From positions 124,001-188,000 of IMG/VR virus record IMGVR_UViG_3300027759_006101: DNA of 64,000 bases; one strand, given 5' to 3'. A model generated the notes under the pieces. It was given only the letters and a program-made list of their open reading frames with translations, had not been told where the DNA came from and did not search any database. Both the position numbers and the translations under genes were made by a program. Within the stretch, counting starts at the first letter, position 1; every line of letters starts with the position of its first letter. Shown one piece after another: positions 10,049 to 19,700 of the stretch.

Positions 10049-10654
10049 ATGGATCATAAACAAAAATTAATTACAGATGGCTATACAATAATTGATAATA
10101 TTTTGCCATTAGAGCTTGCAAAATCTATTAATGCTGCATATCAAAATAACACTCAATGGGAATATATGGATCAAGTAAGACCAGATCATTACGGCCATGT
10201 ATTTAAGAGTGAGAATCCTAATTTACCACAAGAGGGAGAAGTTTACACAGCAAAATTTAATAGATCAGATATTTTGAGAAATTCTGATATTGTTAAAGAA
10301 GCTTTTGATAATTATTTTGGTCCATTACTTAAAGAATTATCTCCTTTTCCTGTTGACGATTTTGATACCAGGTGTTATAAATTAGAAGCTGGCGATCATT
10401 ACAGGACTCACTATGATGGTTATGCTGGAAAAATTAATATTATTTATTATGTGAATGATAATTGGAGATGGGACTGGGGTGGAATATTAAATATTTTATC
10501 ATCCCAGGACACAGATTATTGTTATCCGATCTTTCCAAAGTTTAATAGAGTAGTGCTTTTAAATAATCAAAGTTTTTCAGCTCCTCATTTTGTTAGCTCT
10601 GTAGAAAAGTTTGCTCTAAACCCAAGATATTCTATTGTATCTTTTAATAAATAG
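10049..10654 (+). CDS. 2OG-Fe(II) oxygenase (prolyl-hydroxylase-like)
   Basis: HYD...WDWGGIL...PKFNR...HFV...RYS triad pattern. Confidence 0.85.
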   Translation: MDHKQKLITDGYTIIDNILPLELAKSINAAYQNNTQWEYMDQVRPDHYGHVFKSENPNLPQEGEVYTAKFNRSDILRNSDIVKEAFDNYFGPLLKELSPFPVDDFDTRCYKLEAGDHYRTHYDGYAGKINIIYYVNDNWRWDWGGILNILSSQDTDYCYPIFPKFNRVVLLNNQSFSAPHFVSSVEKFALNPRYSIVSFNK

Positions 10655-10679
10655 AATTTCGAGGTATAATATTTTATAA

Positions 10680-10750
10680 TTTCCGGTCGTTCAATGGTAG
10701 GACAGAGGTTTTTGGTGCCTTTAATTGGAGTTCGAATCTCTACCGGAAAA
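10680..10750 (+). tRNA. tRNA-Gln(TTG)
   Basis: TTTCCGG/CCGGAAA acceptor, GAGGT-TTTTGGT-GCCTT, GAGTTCGAATCTC. Confidence 0.85.
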
Positions 10751-10757
10751 TTTACCA

Positions 10758-10828
10758 GCACTATTAGTTTAGGGGTAAAACATCACACTTGTAATGTGAC
10801 TTCAGGCGTTCGATTCGTCTATAGTGCT
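10758..10828 (+). tRNA. tRNA-Thr(TGT)
   Basis: GCACTAT/ATAGTGC acceptor, TCACA-CTTGTAA-TGTGA, GCGTTCGATTCGT. Confidence 0.88.
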
Positions 10829-11206
10829 CCTTCTCCTTTTCTGTGATATAATAAAGATATGAACGAAACAATTTTAATTTCAATTTTATTTGCTTTAGTG
10901 GCAATAATTTTCGTCTTGATATTTGTCGTAATTTTTCAGATTAAAAAAATCTTGAAGTCTTACAATAATAATTTTGAAACATTGAATAAGAAGACAGCGA
11001 AAATAGTGGAGTAGATATGAATTTTATAACTGTAACTTGGATTAACTGTTCTGTTATTTTTGTATCTGTTATGGCATTTTCTCTTTATTTTAATTTTCGA
11101 TTAAATAGATTGATAAAGATGCTTGACTCTATGATTACAGATCGACCAGAATGATTTTTAATCCCATCGAATTCGATGGGATTATTTTTTTAAGGTAAAA
11201 TAAATT

Positions 11207-11527
11207 ATGACTGAACGTGAGTGGGTTGAGAAGATAAAAAAAGAATGTGTCTTGAATGTTGGTAATTTTGACACTAGATATGCGATTCAATTAGTTGGGA
11301 GAAGTGGAAGTAAGTTAGGTATTGTTTCTTTGAATAAGCAGTTTATGAGTGTTGACATAATTGACAAACAAAAGTATGAGCGTTTTTATGATCAATTTTA
11401 CTCTAGAAGAAATAAAGAATCTCGTCCACCATTAGTTATAGATTATCATGTTGAACATAATATAACTAAGAATGGATTTAAGGTACTTTGGGACTTTTAT
11501 TATAAGAAAGTAAAGCTTAAATATTAA
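11207..11527 (+). CDS. hypothetical protein
   Basis: 106-aa ORF ending at a bidirectional terminator (AAAAGGGGAGC..GCTCCCCTTTT, ~11531-11555). Confidence 0.65.
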   Translation: MTEREWVEKIKKECVLNVGNFDTRYAIQLVGRSGSKLGIVSLNKQFMSVDIIDKQKYERFYDQFYSRRNKESRPPLVIDYHVEHNITKNGFKVLWDFYYKKVKLKY

Positions 11528-11554
11528 ATAAAAAGGGGAGCTCTGCTCCCCTTT

Positions 11555-12502
11555 TTATTGATTTCGATAATAGTCTAGAAGAAGTTGAACACTATCTTCT
11601 ATATTGTATTTAGGTTTCCAGTTTGTTTTTTCGTAAAACTTATCTACGCTTGGAATTTGTAATGTAACATCTACAGGTCTAAGTAAGTTAGGATCTTCTT
11701 TAGATATAATCTTGCAGTTAGCTTGTTTCTTCAATTCTTCTAAGAAATCACCAACTCTGACTGGAACTGTAGAGCCAATGTTGTAAGCTTCTCCAATTTC
11801 ACATTTTTCTGCAGCTACCCAATAAGCATCAACAACATCTCTTACATCTAAAAGAGTGCGAACAGAATCAAGATTACCGTGAAATAAAATATCCTGTTTC
11901 CCTCTTTCAATATCTACAATTTGTTTTGCAAAAGCACTTGAAAAAATGTCAGGTCTTCGTGGGTTAATATATCCAAAAGCACGAGTAATGACACAAGGAA
12001 TATCATAAGATCTTAAATATGATTTAACTAATTTCTCTTGTGTTAATTTACTAATTGCATAAACATTGACGGGGTCGATTGATTGAGTTTCTTTGATTGG
12101 AATCTCGTCTTCTTTAACTTGTCCGTATACTTCAGAAGTTCCGCAAAATTGAATCATTGGTTTCTGATTTAATATTCTCAATGCTTCTAGTAAATTTAAA
12201 GTTCCATTTACATTATTATTGAAAATTGAGCTAGGACTACTAAAAGAAAGTTTTACGTTAGCATTAGAAGCTAAGTGAAATATATAATCTGGCTGTGCAA
12301 CTTCAAGAGTTCTAATGACGCTTCCAAGATCATTCAGATCACATTCAAACATTTGTACTTTAGAAAAAACTCCTGACTTATTTTTTCTATCAGTATGCCA
12401 TCTTGAAATGCCTTGAATTTGTATGTTTAAAATGGTTGAAAGGTGCTCAGCTAAATAAGTTGCGCCACTACCATTAATTCCTGTAATAAGTGCTTTTTTC
12501 AT
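11555..12502 (-). CDS. gmd: GDP-mannose 4,6-dehydratase-like NDP-sugar dehydratase
   Basis: KALITGING.G.YLAE, TSEVYG, YAISK and LRPVDV; start placed at MKKAL. Confidence 0.8.
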   Translation of the reverse strand: MKKALITGINGSGATYLAEHLSTILNIQIQGISRWHTDRKNKSGVFSKVQMFECDLNDLGSVIRTLEVAQPDYIFHLASNANVKLSFSSPSSIFNNNVNGTLNLLEALRILNQKPMIQFCGTSEVYGQVKEDEIPIKETQSIDPVNVYAISKLTQEKLVKSYLRSYDIPCVITRAFGYINPRRPDIFSSAFAKQIVDIERGKQDILFHGNLDSVRTLLDVRDVVDAYWVAAEKCEIGEAYNIGSTVPVRVGDFLEELKKQANCKIISKEDPNLLRPVDVTLQIPSVDKFYEKTNWKPKYNIEDSVQLLLDYYRNQ

Positions 12503-12515
12503 AATGTTATTATAC

Positions 12516-12986
12516 TCAATCATCACATTCATTGTAATATCCGTTATCGTTAGGGCATATTACATTATCTTCTTCATTTGCTGCAAAATGACAATAAGAT
12601 AAATCTGAGTGAGCAATTAATAATTTCATCATTACTTCATACAAAATTGGGTCTGTGCAATATGGCGTATATATTTGCATTACTTTATCGTAATTGACAA
12701 GAATAAATTTCTTATCGTTTAAGCTGATAGTGAAAAATTTATTAAGTTCAGTTTCAACAAAAAATGCTTGTAATCCAGGAACATTTTTCTTTAGTGAAGC
12801 CCAATTTATTCCGATATTATTTTGTGCTGGAAAAATACTCTTGCCCCAATCTTTGAGACGTAAAATAAGTTCAACATCGTATGAAGATTGTCTTGGTAGA
12901 TTATAGATATCAATTATTTTCATTTCTATTTGCATTATACCTAATCTATGGTACGCTGTCCGTATGAAGCATACAATTACTATCAT
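12516..12986 (-). CDS. hypothetical protein (true start probably more internal)
   Basis: ORF upstream of gmd. Confidence 0.55.
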   Translation of the reverse strand: MIVIVCFIRTAYHRLGIMQIEMKIIDIYNLPRQSSYDVELILRLKDWGKSIFPAQNNIGINWASLKKNVPGLQAFFVETELNKFFTISLNDKKFILVNYDKVMQIYTPYCTDPILYEVMMKLLIAHSDLSYCHFAANEEDNVICPNDNGYYNECDD

Positions 12987-13146
12987 TGATGAGAACTTTG
13001 AAGAGAAAAGTCTTGAATTGACTTATGCTCAATTACAAGAACTTAATCGTTGGTTAAATATTTATTTAAACACAGGCAGAACGCTTGAATATAAGTTAGA
13101 CAAAAGGACTAAAAAAGTTATTGATGTAAAGCTTGCACAGATGTAA
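12964..13146 (+). CDS. hypothetical protein
   Basis: 60-aa ORF upstream of tRNA-Arg. Confidence 0.5.
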   Translation: MKHTITIIDENFEEKSLELTYAQLQELNRWLNIYLNTGRTLEYKLDKRTKKVIDVKLAQM

Positions 13147-13178
13147 GTTGTGGTATAATTAGAGAGTAAGAGAAATAC

Positions 13179-13250
13179 GGCTCCATAGTTAAATGGATAT
13201 AACACGGACCTTCTAAGTCCATATTTTAAGTTCGATTCTTAATGGAGCTA
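13179..13250 (+). tRNA. tRNA-Arg(TCT)
   Basis: GGCTCCA/TGGAGCT acceptor, GGAC-CTTCTAA-GTCC, TTAAGTTCGATTCTTAA. Confidence 0.88.
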
Positions 13251-13267
13251 CTATTTATACCCCCTAA

Positions 13268-13798
13268 TTATTTAGGGGGTATTTCTATTAATCTACCGTG
13301 AATTTCTCTATGGCAATTAGCACAAACTAAAAGACATTTATCAAGTTCTGACTTTACTTTTTCAAAAGAATACATTTTTGCGTGTCCCAAAGAAAAATCT
13401 TTTATAGAAGGATCTTTGTGATGAAATTCTAATGCACCATTGTATTTATCATAATTGCAAATTTGACAACACCCACCTTTGTAATCTATTGCCTTTTGCT
13501 TTAAATCTCTTTGCCTTTGAATAGATCTGATATTTTCACAAGATTTACAATTTGAAGAATATTGTTTTCGAGCTTCGTCTCTTTTTTTATAAAATTCATC
13601 TTTGTTTTTTTCTAATTTACAAATTGAACATTTTTTTGTTTTGCCTTCTTCAAGAGAATTTACAAGTAGATTTGTAGTATTGTGCGCTCTAAAAGGTGAA
13701 CACTCTAAACAAAATTTTCTATTACATATATTGTGTCTTTTGCCATCAATAACAATAATGTTTGGCAAATCATTATTACATTTTAAACATTTTTTCAT
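13268..13798 (-). CDS. HNH homing endonuclease (paralog of 9405..9938)
   Basis: RKFCLECSPF.HNT...YKGG.C..CNY...ALEFHHKDP...KCLLVCANCHREIH. Confidence 0.8.
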   Translation of the reverse strand: MKKCLKCNNDLPNIIVIDGKRHNICNRKFCLECSPFRAHNTTNLLVNSLEEGKTKKCSICKLEKNKDEFYKKRDEARKQYSSNCKSCENIRSIQRQRDLKQKAIDYKGGCCQICNYDKYNGALEFHHKDPSIKDFSLGHAKMYSFEKVKSELDKCLLVCANCHREIHGRLIEIPPK

Positions 13799-13893
13799 AA
13801 AACTATCTCCTATTAGCTTTATTATACAAAAATTTATTTTTTACCTTTGAGCTAAATATAAGATTTTTCTTGTTTAAAATGGAATAAAAATAT

Positions 13894-14271
13894 ATGTGGT
13901 ATAGGTATTCAATGGTTAGAAGAGTTAGCCTGGTAATATTGTTTGATGATGATAAGGTTTTGCTCGGTAAAAAACCTAGTGGATTTTGGATACCTGGAGG
14001 TCACGCTAACTCTGGCGAATCTTCAAAAGATGCTGCAATAAGAGAACTCAAAGAAGAGACTAATCTTGATTTATCTAATTTAAAATTATTTTATTCTAAG
14101 ATTACTGAAAATAAAATTGTAGATGTTTATGTGTGCAACGAATTTTCTGGAGAATCAAAGGCGGATGATGATTTAGAGGAAGTCCATTGGTTTAGTGTCA
14201 ACGAACTTCCTGAAATGCGATTAGATGGAAATGAATTAATTCAACAAGCTTACAAAGAAATATGTTTGTAA
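13894..14271 (+). CDS. Nudix hydrolase
   Basis: Nudix box PGGHANSGESSKDAAIRELKEETNL. Confidence 0.9.
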   Translation: MWYRYSMVRRVSLVILFDDDKVLLGKKPSGFWIPGGHANSGESSKDAAIRELKEETNLDLSNLKLFYSKITENKIVDVYVCNEFSGESKADDDLEEVHWFSVNELPEMRLDGNELIQQAYKEICL

Positions 14272-15284
14272 CCAACATATTCATAAAATTCTAAAAGCTC
14301 TTGTGCATTAAATCCTCGCATTCTTCCTTCATTTAGTAAGTTATTCTTTAATTCTTCTTTCCAAGTTTTGTAATTTGGACAATCTTGATCAAACCAATAA
14401 TTTTCCAGCAATTTGTAATTTATAGCAGTTATGTCGTGTGACTGGCCATATGGAAATTTATAAAATCTAAATGTATTTTTATAATTTGTAAAGTCTGTAT
14501 TGAAATATAATTGATTTCCCATTGCAGCTTGCGCAAAATTTATTTTATCTAAAACATAATCATCACAAAATAAATAAAAGAATAAAACTTCTGTCACCCA
14601 CCCCAAATAACCATAATTTCTTCCAGGGATTTGACCTAGCATTTTTTCATACTTTTCTTCAAAAGTAAGATTTTTTAACTCAGGATGAAACTTATTTATT
14701 TGACTTACAAAGAAAGGTGGAAATTTTATTGTTTTTTGAAAATTCATAAAATTTTCTGTATTATCAAGAAACAACATTTTTTTAAAAAAATCTTTGCCCT
14801 TCTCTAAAATTTTTTTTCTTGAAATAAAGAAATGGTCTCCAGGAAAAAAATAAAATATTGATTTAGATACGTTGTGTGTATTTATAAAATTGCATCCAAG
14901 CTCATTTGCAACTTCCACCATAGGCAATATCCTAGCCCAATCAAAAGCGTATTGAGTGTAAATAGCTCTTCCAAAACAAAGACTTCCCCAATCTGAAGTA
15001 AAAGTACTATCCATAGCTAAATGAATCTTGTGTACGTGAGCATCAGGATCGGATTGACAAGTTATCAAGTATTCTGGAAGATTATCCCAATTTTCTAAAA
15101 TCCAAGTTGAAAAAATTCCAGGAAAGCCAAAACTTGAATCCATTTTGATATCATCTTTATGCGGATTGTCACCAACACAAATTACAGTTTTTGGATATTT
15201 TATTTTGTCTATAAATTTACTTCTGTCTTCATCTTTGTAATATACTAAAACGTGTTTATCTTGCATTTTTTTCCTCTTGTTCAT
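14250..15284 (-). CDS. DUF3431-like putative glycan-modifying protein
   Basis: WDNLPEY..CQSDP..H and FFPGDHFFISRKKI resemble DUF3431. Confidence 0.5.
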   Translation of the reverse strand: MNKRKKMQDKHVLVYYKDEDRSKFIDKIKYPKTVICVGDNPHKDDIKMDSSFGFPGIFSTWILENWDNLPEYLITCQSDPDAHVHKIHLAMDSTFTSDWGSLCFGRAIYTQYAFDWARILPMVEVANELGCNFINTHNVSKSIFYFFPGDHFFISRKKILEKGKDFFKKMLFLDNTENFMNFQKTIKFPPFFVSQINKFHPELKNLTFEEKYEKMLGQIPGRNYGYLGWVTEVLFFYLFCDDYVLDKINFAQAAMGNQLYFNTDFTNYKNTFRFYKFPYGQSHDITAINYKLLENYWFDQDCPNYKTWKEELKNNLLNEGRMRGFNAQELLEFYEYVGYKHISL

Positions 15285-15447
15285 TATACATTTTACAAAG
15301 ATGTCTGATTGATGATAAAGAACATTACATTTGGAGGGCAGTAATGAAACTTAAATTATCACCAATGGAGTTGATAATTTGCTTAATGGTGATAACAACA
15401 CTATTAGCAATTTTTATTCCAATATTTCTTTTAGCTTGGTCAACATT

Positions 15448-15819
15448 CTAATTATCAACAATAGTATAAGAAATACAAGTTGTAGGAGGACCAAAACCTT
15501 GCAAATATCTTACTTTGACTGATTCAACAAATCTACTTGTGTCATCAGGAATAATTTCAGCTCTAACAAGAAGATCAACAATAGGCTTTACAATATTGTC
15601 TGGGTCGCTTCTCATTTTCCATTGTGTATCAGCAAGAATAAGAATTTCTATTTCTATTGGGTAATTTGTTGCTGGTAATAAATTATCTTTAATGATTAGG
15701 ACATTCTTTTCTATCCAATCATTATATTTTTTGCTTTTCACCATTTTTCCACGAGCAACAGGAGCATACATCTTATTTGCGGAAAATGGTTCTTGGATAG
15801 TACAAGATTTTTTAAGCAT
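15448..15819 (-). CDS. rusA: RusA-family Holliday junction resolvase
   Basis: PFSAN.MY, DPDNIVKPIVDLL..IIPDD. Confidence 0.8.
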   Translation of the reverse strand: MLKKSCTIQEPFSANKMYAPVARGKMVKSKKYNDWIEKNVLIIKDNLLPATNYPIEIEILILADTQWKMRSDPDNIVKPIVDLLVRAEIIPDDTSRFVESVKVRYLQGFGPPTTCISYTIVDN

Positions 15820-15861
15820 ATAAGATTTGTACAGAGATAGTATAGGTAATAAGAAAAAATT

Positions 15862-16947
15862 ATGTGGTATAAATTAGCACAACAATTACAACTTCCTGGG
15901 TTAGATATAGAACAATCCCAGCCAAAAATTAAAGAAAAACCAGAACCAAAAGATAAATCTCCAGAACTTTTAGAAACACAAAAAGAACCTCAAAGTTTAT
16001 TCTTTAGTGATTGGGCTAAAGGTCATTATGTGCCAGAGCAACCTGTCTATCACGGAACAACACACGAATTTGATAGATTCGATATTGACAAAGGTTCAAT
16101 GAGTAATTATTTTGGTCCAGCATTTTATTTTACTAGTGATGAAGAAGATGCTTCAAAAAATTACACTGGTACTGGGCCTGATCAAGAAAGAAACATTGAA
16201 AATCTTCAATATGATTTGCTTGATCAATATGGTGAAGACGAATATTATCTATGGAATTTATATAGCGATGATCCAAGATACAGTAAAGATTTCAATGAAG
16301 ATGGCAAACCATATAACCCAAATTATCTAGCAGAAAAAATTGCCAAAGATACAATTTTAGGACCAAATAAGCCTAGAGTAATTCCTGCTCACGTTAGAAT
16401 GAAAAACCCAATTCATCTGACTAGTTCACAAGATGCAGAACATCCTGAAAAAGTTTTCATTGATGATGTAGAAGGTAGTATGGATTTTTTAGGTAAAAGA
16501 ATCAATCCTTCTGACAACCATAATTTTAGTACAGTTATATCAAAACTTCATAATATTATAGTGGACTATTTGGATTTTGATATTGCTAATGAAATTTGTG
16601 AAGAATTAGTTCAAGAAAATTCTGTTGGGTTTGATGAAGAAATTTCAGCATCTTCAATAATTATGGACTTGATTAAAAAATTAGAGTTTTGGGACCGGGA
16701 TCAAGATACACATTTTAAAGGTGATATTGTCAAAAGATTTGTAAATTCATTAGGATACGATAGCATTGTTATGGATCCTAATGAATTTTTCAGAATGTAC
16801 TCTCAAAAAAGACCAATCAAGCATTTCATCACTTGGAATCCTGAAAACATTAAACACGCCAGAGAAAATATAGAGTTTGACCCAGGGAATCCAGTTATCA
16901 CTGCAATGAGTGGTAAAATTAATTTATGGAAGAATTCTTTGCTGTAG
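15862..16947 (+). CDS. ADP-ribosyltransferase-like protein (ART-PolyVal-like)
   Basis: VYHGT..FDRFD..FGPAFYFT..A..Y, MKNP, GYDSIV and C-terminal PENIK..FDPGNP. Confidence 0.65.
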   Translation: MWYKLAQQLQLPGLDIEQSQPKIKEKPEPKDKSPELLETQKEPQSLFFSDWAKGHYVPEQPVYHGTTHEFDRFDIDKGSMSNYFGPAFYFTSDEEDASKNYTGTGPDQERNIENLQYDLLDQYGEDEYYLWNLYSDDPRYSKDFNEDGKPYNPNYLAEKIAKDTILGPNKPRVIPAHVRMKNPIHLTSSQDAEHPEKVFIDDVEGSMDFLGKRINPSDNHNFSTVISKLHNIIVDYLDFDIANEICEELVQENSVGFDEEISASSIIMDLIKKLEFWDRDQDTHFKGDIVKRFVNSLGYDSIVMDPNEFFRMYSQKRPIKHFITWNPENIKHARENIEFDPGNPVITAMSGKINLWKNSLL

Positions 16948-17288
16948 TTTTCATCGAGTGTATGATGGAAAATAATAGATGTTTTTCAGAAAAAGATTTT
17001 TATAATTTACTCAAAACACAAAGGTTGGATTCTTCAAAAATAAATTTCAATGAAGTAATGAAAGAATTTCTTACAGAATTTGAATTAACATCATATGAAA
17101 AAATTGATAATATTTGGCAGCCTAAAGGAAAATTTATTTCTCACAAAGCAATTTCAAATATAATAGATGAATTAGATTTACATTTAGAAGTTGAAAATTC
17201 ATTAGGTGGATTTTACGAAACAAGTTGTGATGTAGTGCAAAAAATCAATAATTATCTTTGGTTGTGTGAAAAAGAAGCTCTCCAATAA
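16926..17288 (+). CDS. hypothetical protein
   Basis: 120-aa ORF coupled to the previous gene. Confidence 0.55.
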   Translation: MEEFFAVVFIECMMENNRCFSEKDFYNLLKTQRLDSSKINFNEVMKEFLTEFELTSYEKIDNIWQPKGKFISHKAISNIIDELDLHLEVENSLGGFYETSCDVVQKINNYLWLCEKEALQ

Positions 17289-17334
17289 AGGGGGGCTTAT
17301 TTTTTTGATAGAAACATAATGTGAGGAACTAAAA

Positions 17335-17688
17335 ATGAAAAATCATTTGAAATTATTCAAACTTTCACAAAGGCTTGATAAAAATAATTTATATTCACTA
17401 GCTGACAAAATTGATAGATTGGCGCAAAACCAAACTAAAAATTTTGAGAATAAACAGCAAGCTACAGATTATATAAAGAATTTAGGTATGCCAAGCTTTT
17501 CTCAAAATATGGATAAAGCTGCTGATGAAGGCGTTACAATTAATGGTATTTCTATCAAGAACGATCCAGAAATGCAGAAATTATACAAAGATAGTTTATC
17601 ATCAGGAGGCGCAGTTGCAATGCCAGCAATGGCACCAATGCCTATGCCTATGCCAGCACCAATGCCTTCAGTTCCGCCCGTAGTTTAA
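17335..17688 (+). CDS. leader-family protein (divergent) with Met/Pro-rich tail
   Basis: LSQRLDKNNLYSLADKIDRLAQ resembles the shared leader; AMPAMAPMPMPMP tail. Confidence 0.6.
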   Translation: MKNHLKLFKLSQRLDKNNLYSLADKIDRLAQNQTKNFENKQQATDYIKNLGMPSFSQNMDKAADEGVTINGISIKNDPEMQKLYKDSLSSGGAVAMPAMAPMPMPMPAPMPSVPPVV

Positions 17689-17764
17689 TTCGCATCCCAA
17701 ACCAAAAAAAACAGGGGCTACTTTTTCAAAGCCCCTGTTTTTTTTGGTTATTGGTCTGCTTTAA

Positions 17765-18073
17765 TTACTTCGATAGAGGATCGTTTCGACGGCCACCTTC
17801 ACGACGATCATTAGCTGGAAGAGTTGTCTTTGTTACAAGCTTTAACCCGTCAACACTAAATTGATAAAGAGTGTTGCCAGAAAGAACATAAACAAAATTA
17901 CCAGATGCAGCAACAGAAGCAGCACCACCACCTGCTCTCATCCCAACACCCTGACCAAGAGGGAATGGAGTTTGACCTGGGCGTGGAGCTTCTTGAATTC
18001 CACCTGGAACCTGTGCAAATGCTAGCCCGAAAACAGCCAATGAAGCTGCAAGAGAAACCAAAATTTTATTCAT
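17765..18073 (-). CDS. small secreted protein
   Basis: Signal peptide ending AFA-Q; beta-strand motif FVYVLSGNTLYQF. Confidence 0.65.
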   Translation of the reverse strand: MNKILVSLAASLAVFGLAFAQVPGGIQEAPRPGQTPFPLGQGVGMRAGGGAASVAASGNFVYVLSGNTLYQFSVDGLKLVTKTTLPANDRREGGRRNDPLSK

Positions 18074-18189
18074 AATTTTTACCTCTGTTCAATAGACGAA
18101 CAATGTTATTATATGTTCAATAAATGAGTAAAAGATTAAGATAGATCTATAACAAAAAAAAGATCTACTTTCGTAGATCTTTTTTAGAA

Positions 18190-19086
18190 TTATCTTACTT
18201 GAAATCCGTTTTGATCAAGTACTGGAAGATTGCCAGCAGTATATACTTGTTTACCCCAGAGGAAATTATTTGGATTTACTGTGGTTTCAAATCTCATAAA
18301 CTTTGAGTGGCCATCTGCAAAAGTATAATTTGCGCCACCTGTATGTCTGTCAGCTTGAATGTATGCAATTTGTAAAGCACCACCAGCATATCCAGATGAT
18401 TTGCAAGTAGCCCAGGCACTTGCAGCCAAAGATGGAGTGACTGCATAAACTGCTGACAGACTTGGCGCAAACTGTGATAAATCTTCACCCTTCCAAGTTC
18501 CGCCACTCACACTAGTCATAAATGCATTAGTACTTCTGTGGCTCTTGTTTACATAACCACCAGAAGAAGTACCAGCATTAGAAGTGTCATTAATACAAGC
18601 TAATGTATTTGTCATCTCTGCTACTACAATTGTATCTGCTGCAAACTCAATAGCTGAAACAGAAGCAACATTAGCAGGATCAATGCTTCTACGCTTTCTT
18701 GGTAATACGGAAGCATTAGCAACATAAGAAATTCTTGGTGCTTGTAAATCTAAACCTGGGTTAGTAGGAACAATTCCCTTATTTGGATCTGATGGACAAA
18801 CAAATACTGACCAATTCTTTACGTATGGATTAATAAGTCCTGACCATTGATTATATCCATTAGTACCGTTGGAATCATTTGTATACCAGTATGCTTGTGG
18901 ATAAGTTTCATCATAGTCTTGAGCATACATAGTAATACCAAGTCCCATTTGCTTGGTGTTTGAAAGGCAGGATGCAGAACGAGCCTTTTCACGAGCTTGG
19001 GCAAAAACAGGGAAGAGAATTGCAGCCAAAATAGCGATGATTGCAATGACAACGAGTAATTCAATAAGAGTAAACGCTTTTTTCAT
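18190..19086 (-). CDS. prepilin-type N-terminal cleavage/methylation protein with H-X9-DG C-terminus (DUF1559)
   Basis: [39 protein letters not shown]; C-terminal [14 protein letters not shown]. Confidence 0.92.
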   Translation of the reverse strand: MKKAFTLIELLVVIAIIAILAAILFPVFAQAREKARSASCLSNTKQMGLGITMYAQDYDETYPQAYWYTNDSNGTNGYNQWSGLINPYVKNWSVFVCPSDPNKGIVPTNPGLDLQAPRISYVANASVLPRKRRSIDPANVASVSAIEFAADTIVVAEMTNTLACINDTSNAGTSSGGYVNKSHRSTNAFMTSVSGGTWKGEDLSQFAPSLSAVYAVTPSLAASAWATCKSSGYAGGALQIAYIQADRHTGGANYTFADGHSKFMRFETTVNPNNFLWGKQVYTAGNLPVLDQNGFQVR

Positions 19087-19208
19087 ATTAGTTTCCTTTT
19101 AGAAATCTTGTTATTATTATTCCGCTTAATAAAAAGACGTATATTAAGGTTTTAGACAAAATTCTTAACATAAAGGAACAGTCTTCTTTTATTCCCTATA
19201 ATAAAAAT

Positions 19209-19694
19209 ATGAATTACAAAATCAAACTCAAACAAAAAAAATATTTGTTCTTAGATATTGATGGAGTATTGAATTCATTTGATGATTATAATATGACAGG
19301 TAATGAATTCATAAAAAACTTAAAGAATATTTCATTTATTACTAGCAAAAAACAAATGTCTATATTGAATAACATAGTAGAAGAATATAATCCCACAATA
19401 ATATTATCATCATACTGGAGAACAAGATATTCTTTAGAAGAATTGAATAATATATTTAGGGAAAATGGTTTTGTGGGCAAGATATCTGGAATTACTAGCA
19501 AAGAGGGCGAAGAACACAAAGATAGGTGGAATCAAATCAAACTATATATAGATAAAAATAAAGTTAAAGATTATATTATATTAGATGATGAAGAAATAAC
19601 CAGAACAGAGAGAAAAATAAATAACTTTGTAAAAACAAATTCTTATGAAGGTTTGACAGAAAAACATTTAAAAGATATAGGAAAAATCTGGTAG
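19209..19694 (+). CDS. HAD-superfamily protein (HAD_SAK_2-like)
   Basis: FLDIDGVLN, ILSSYWR, YIILDDE and GLT motifs. Confidence 0.8.
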   Translation: MNYKIKLKQKKYLFLDIDGVLNSFDDYNMTGNEFIKNLKNISFITSKKQMSILNNIVEEYNPTIILSSYWRTRYSLEELNNIFRENGFVGKISGITSKEGEEHKDRWNQIKLYIDKNKVKDYIILDDEEITRTERKINNFVKTNSYEGLTEKHLKDIGKIW

Positions 19695-19700
19695 GACAAT

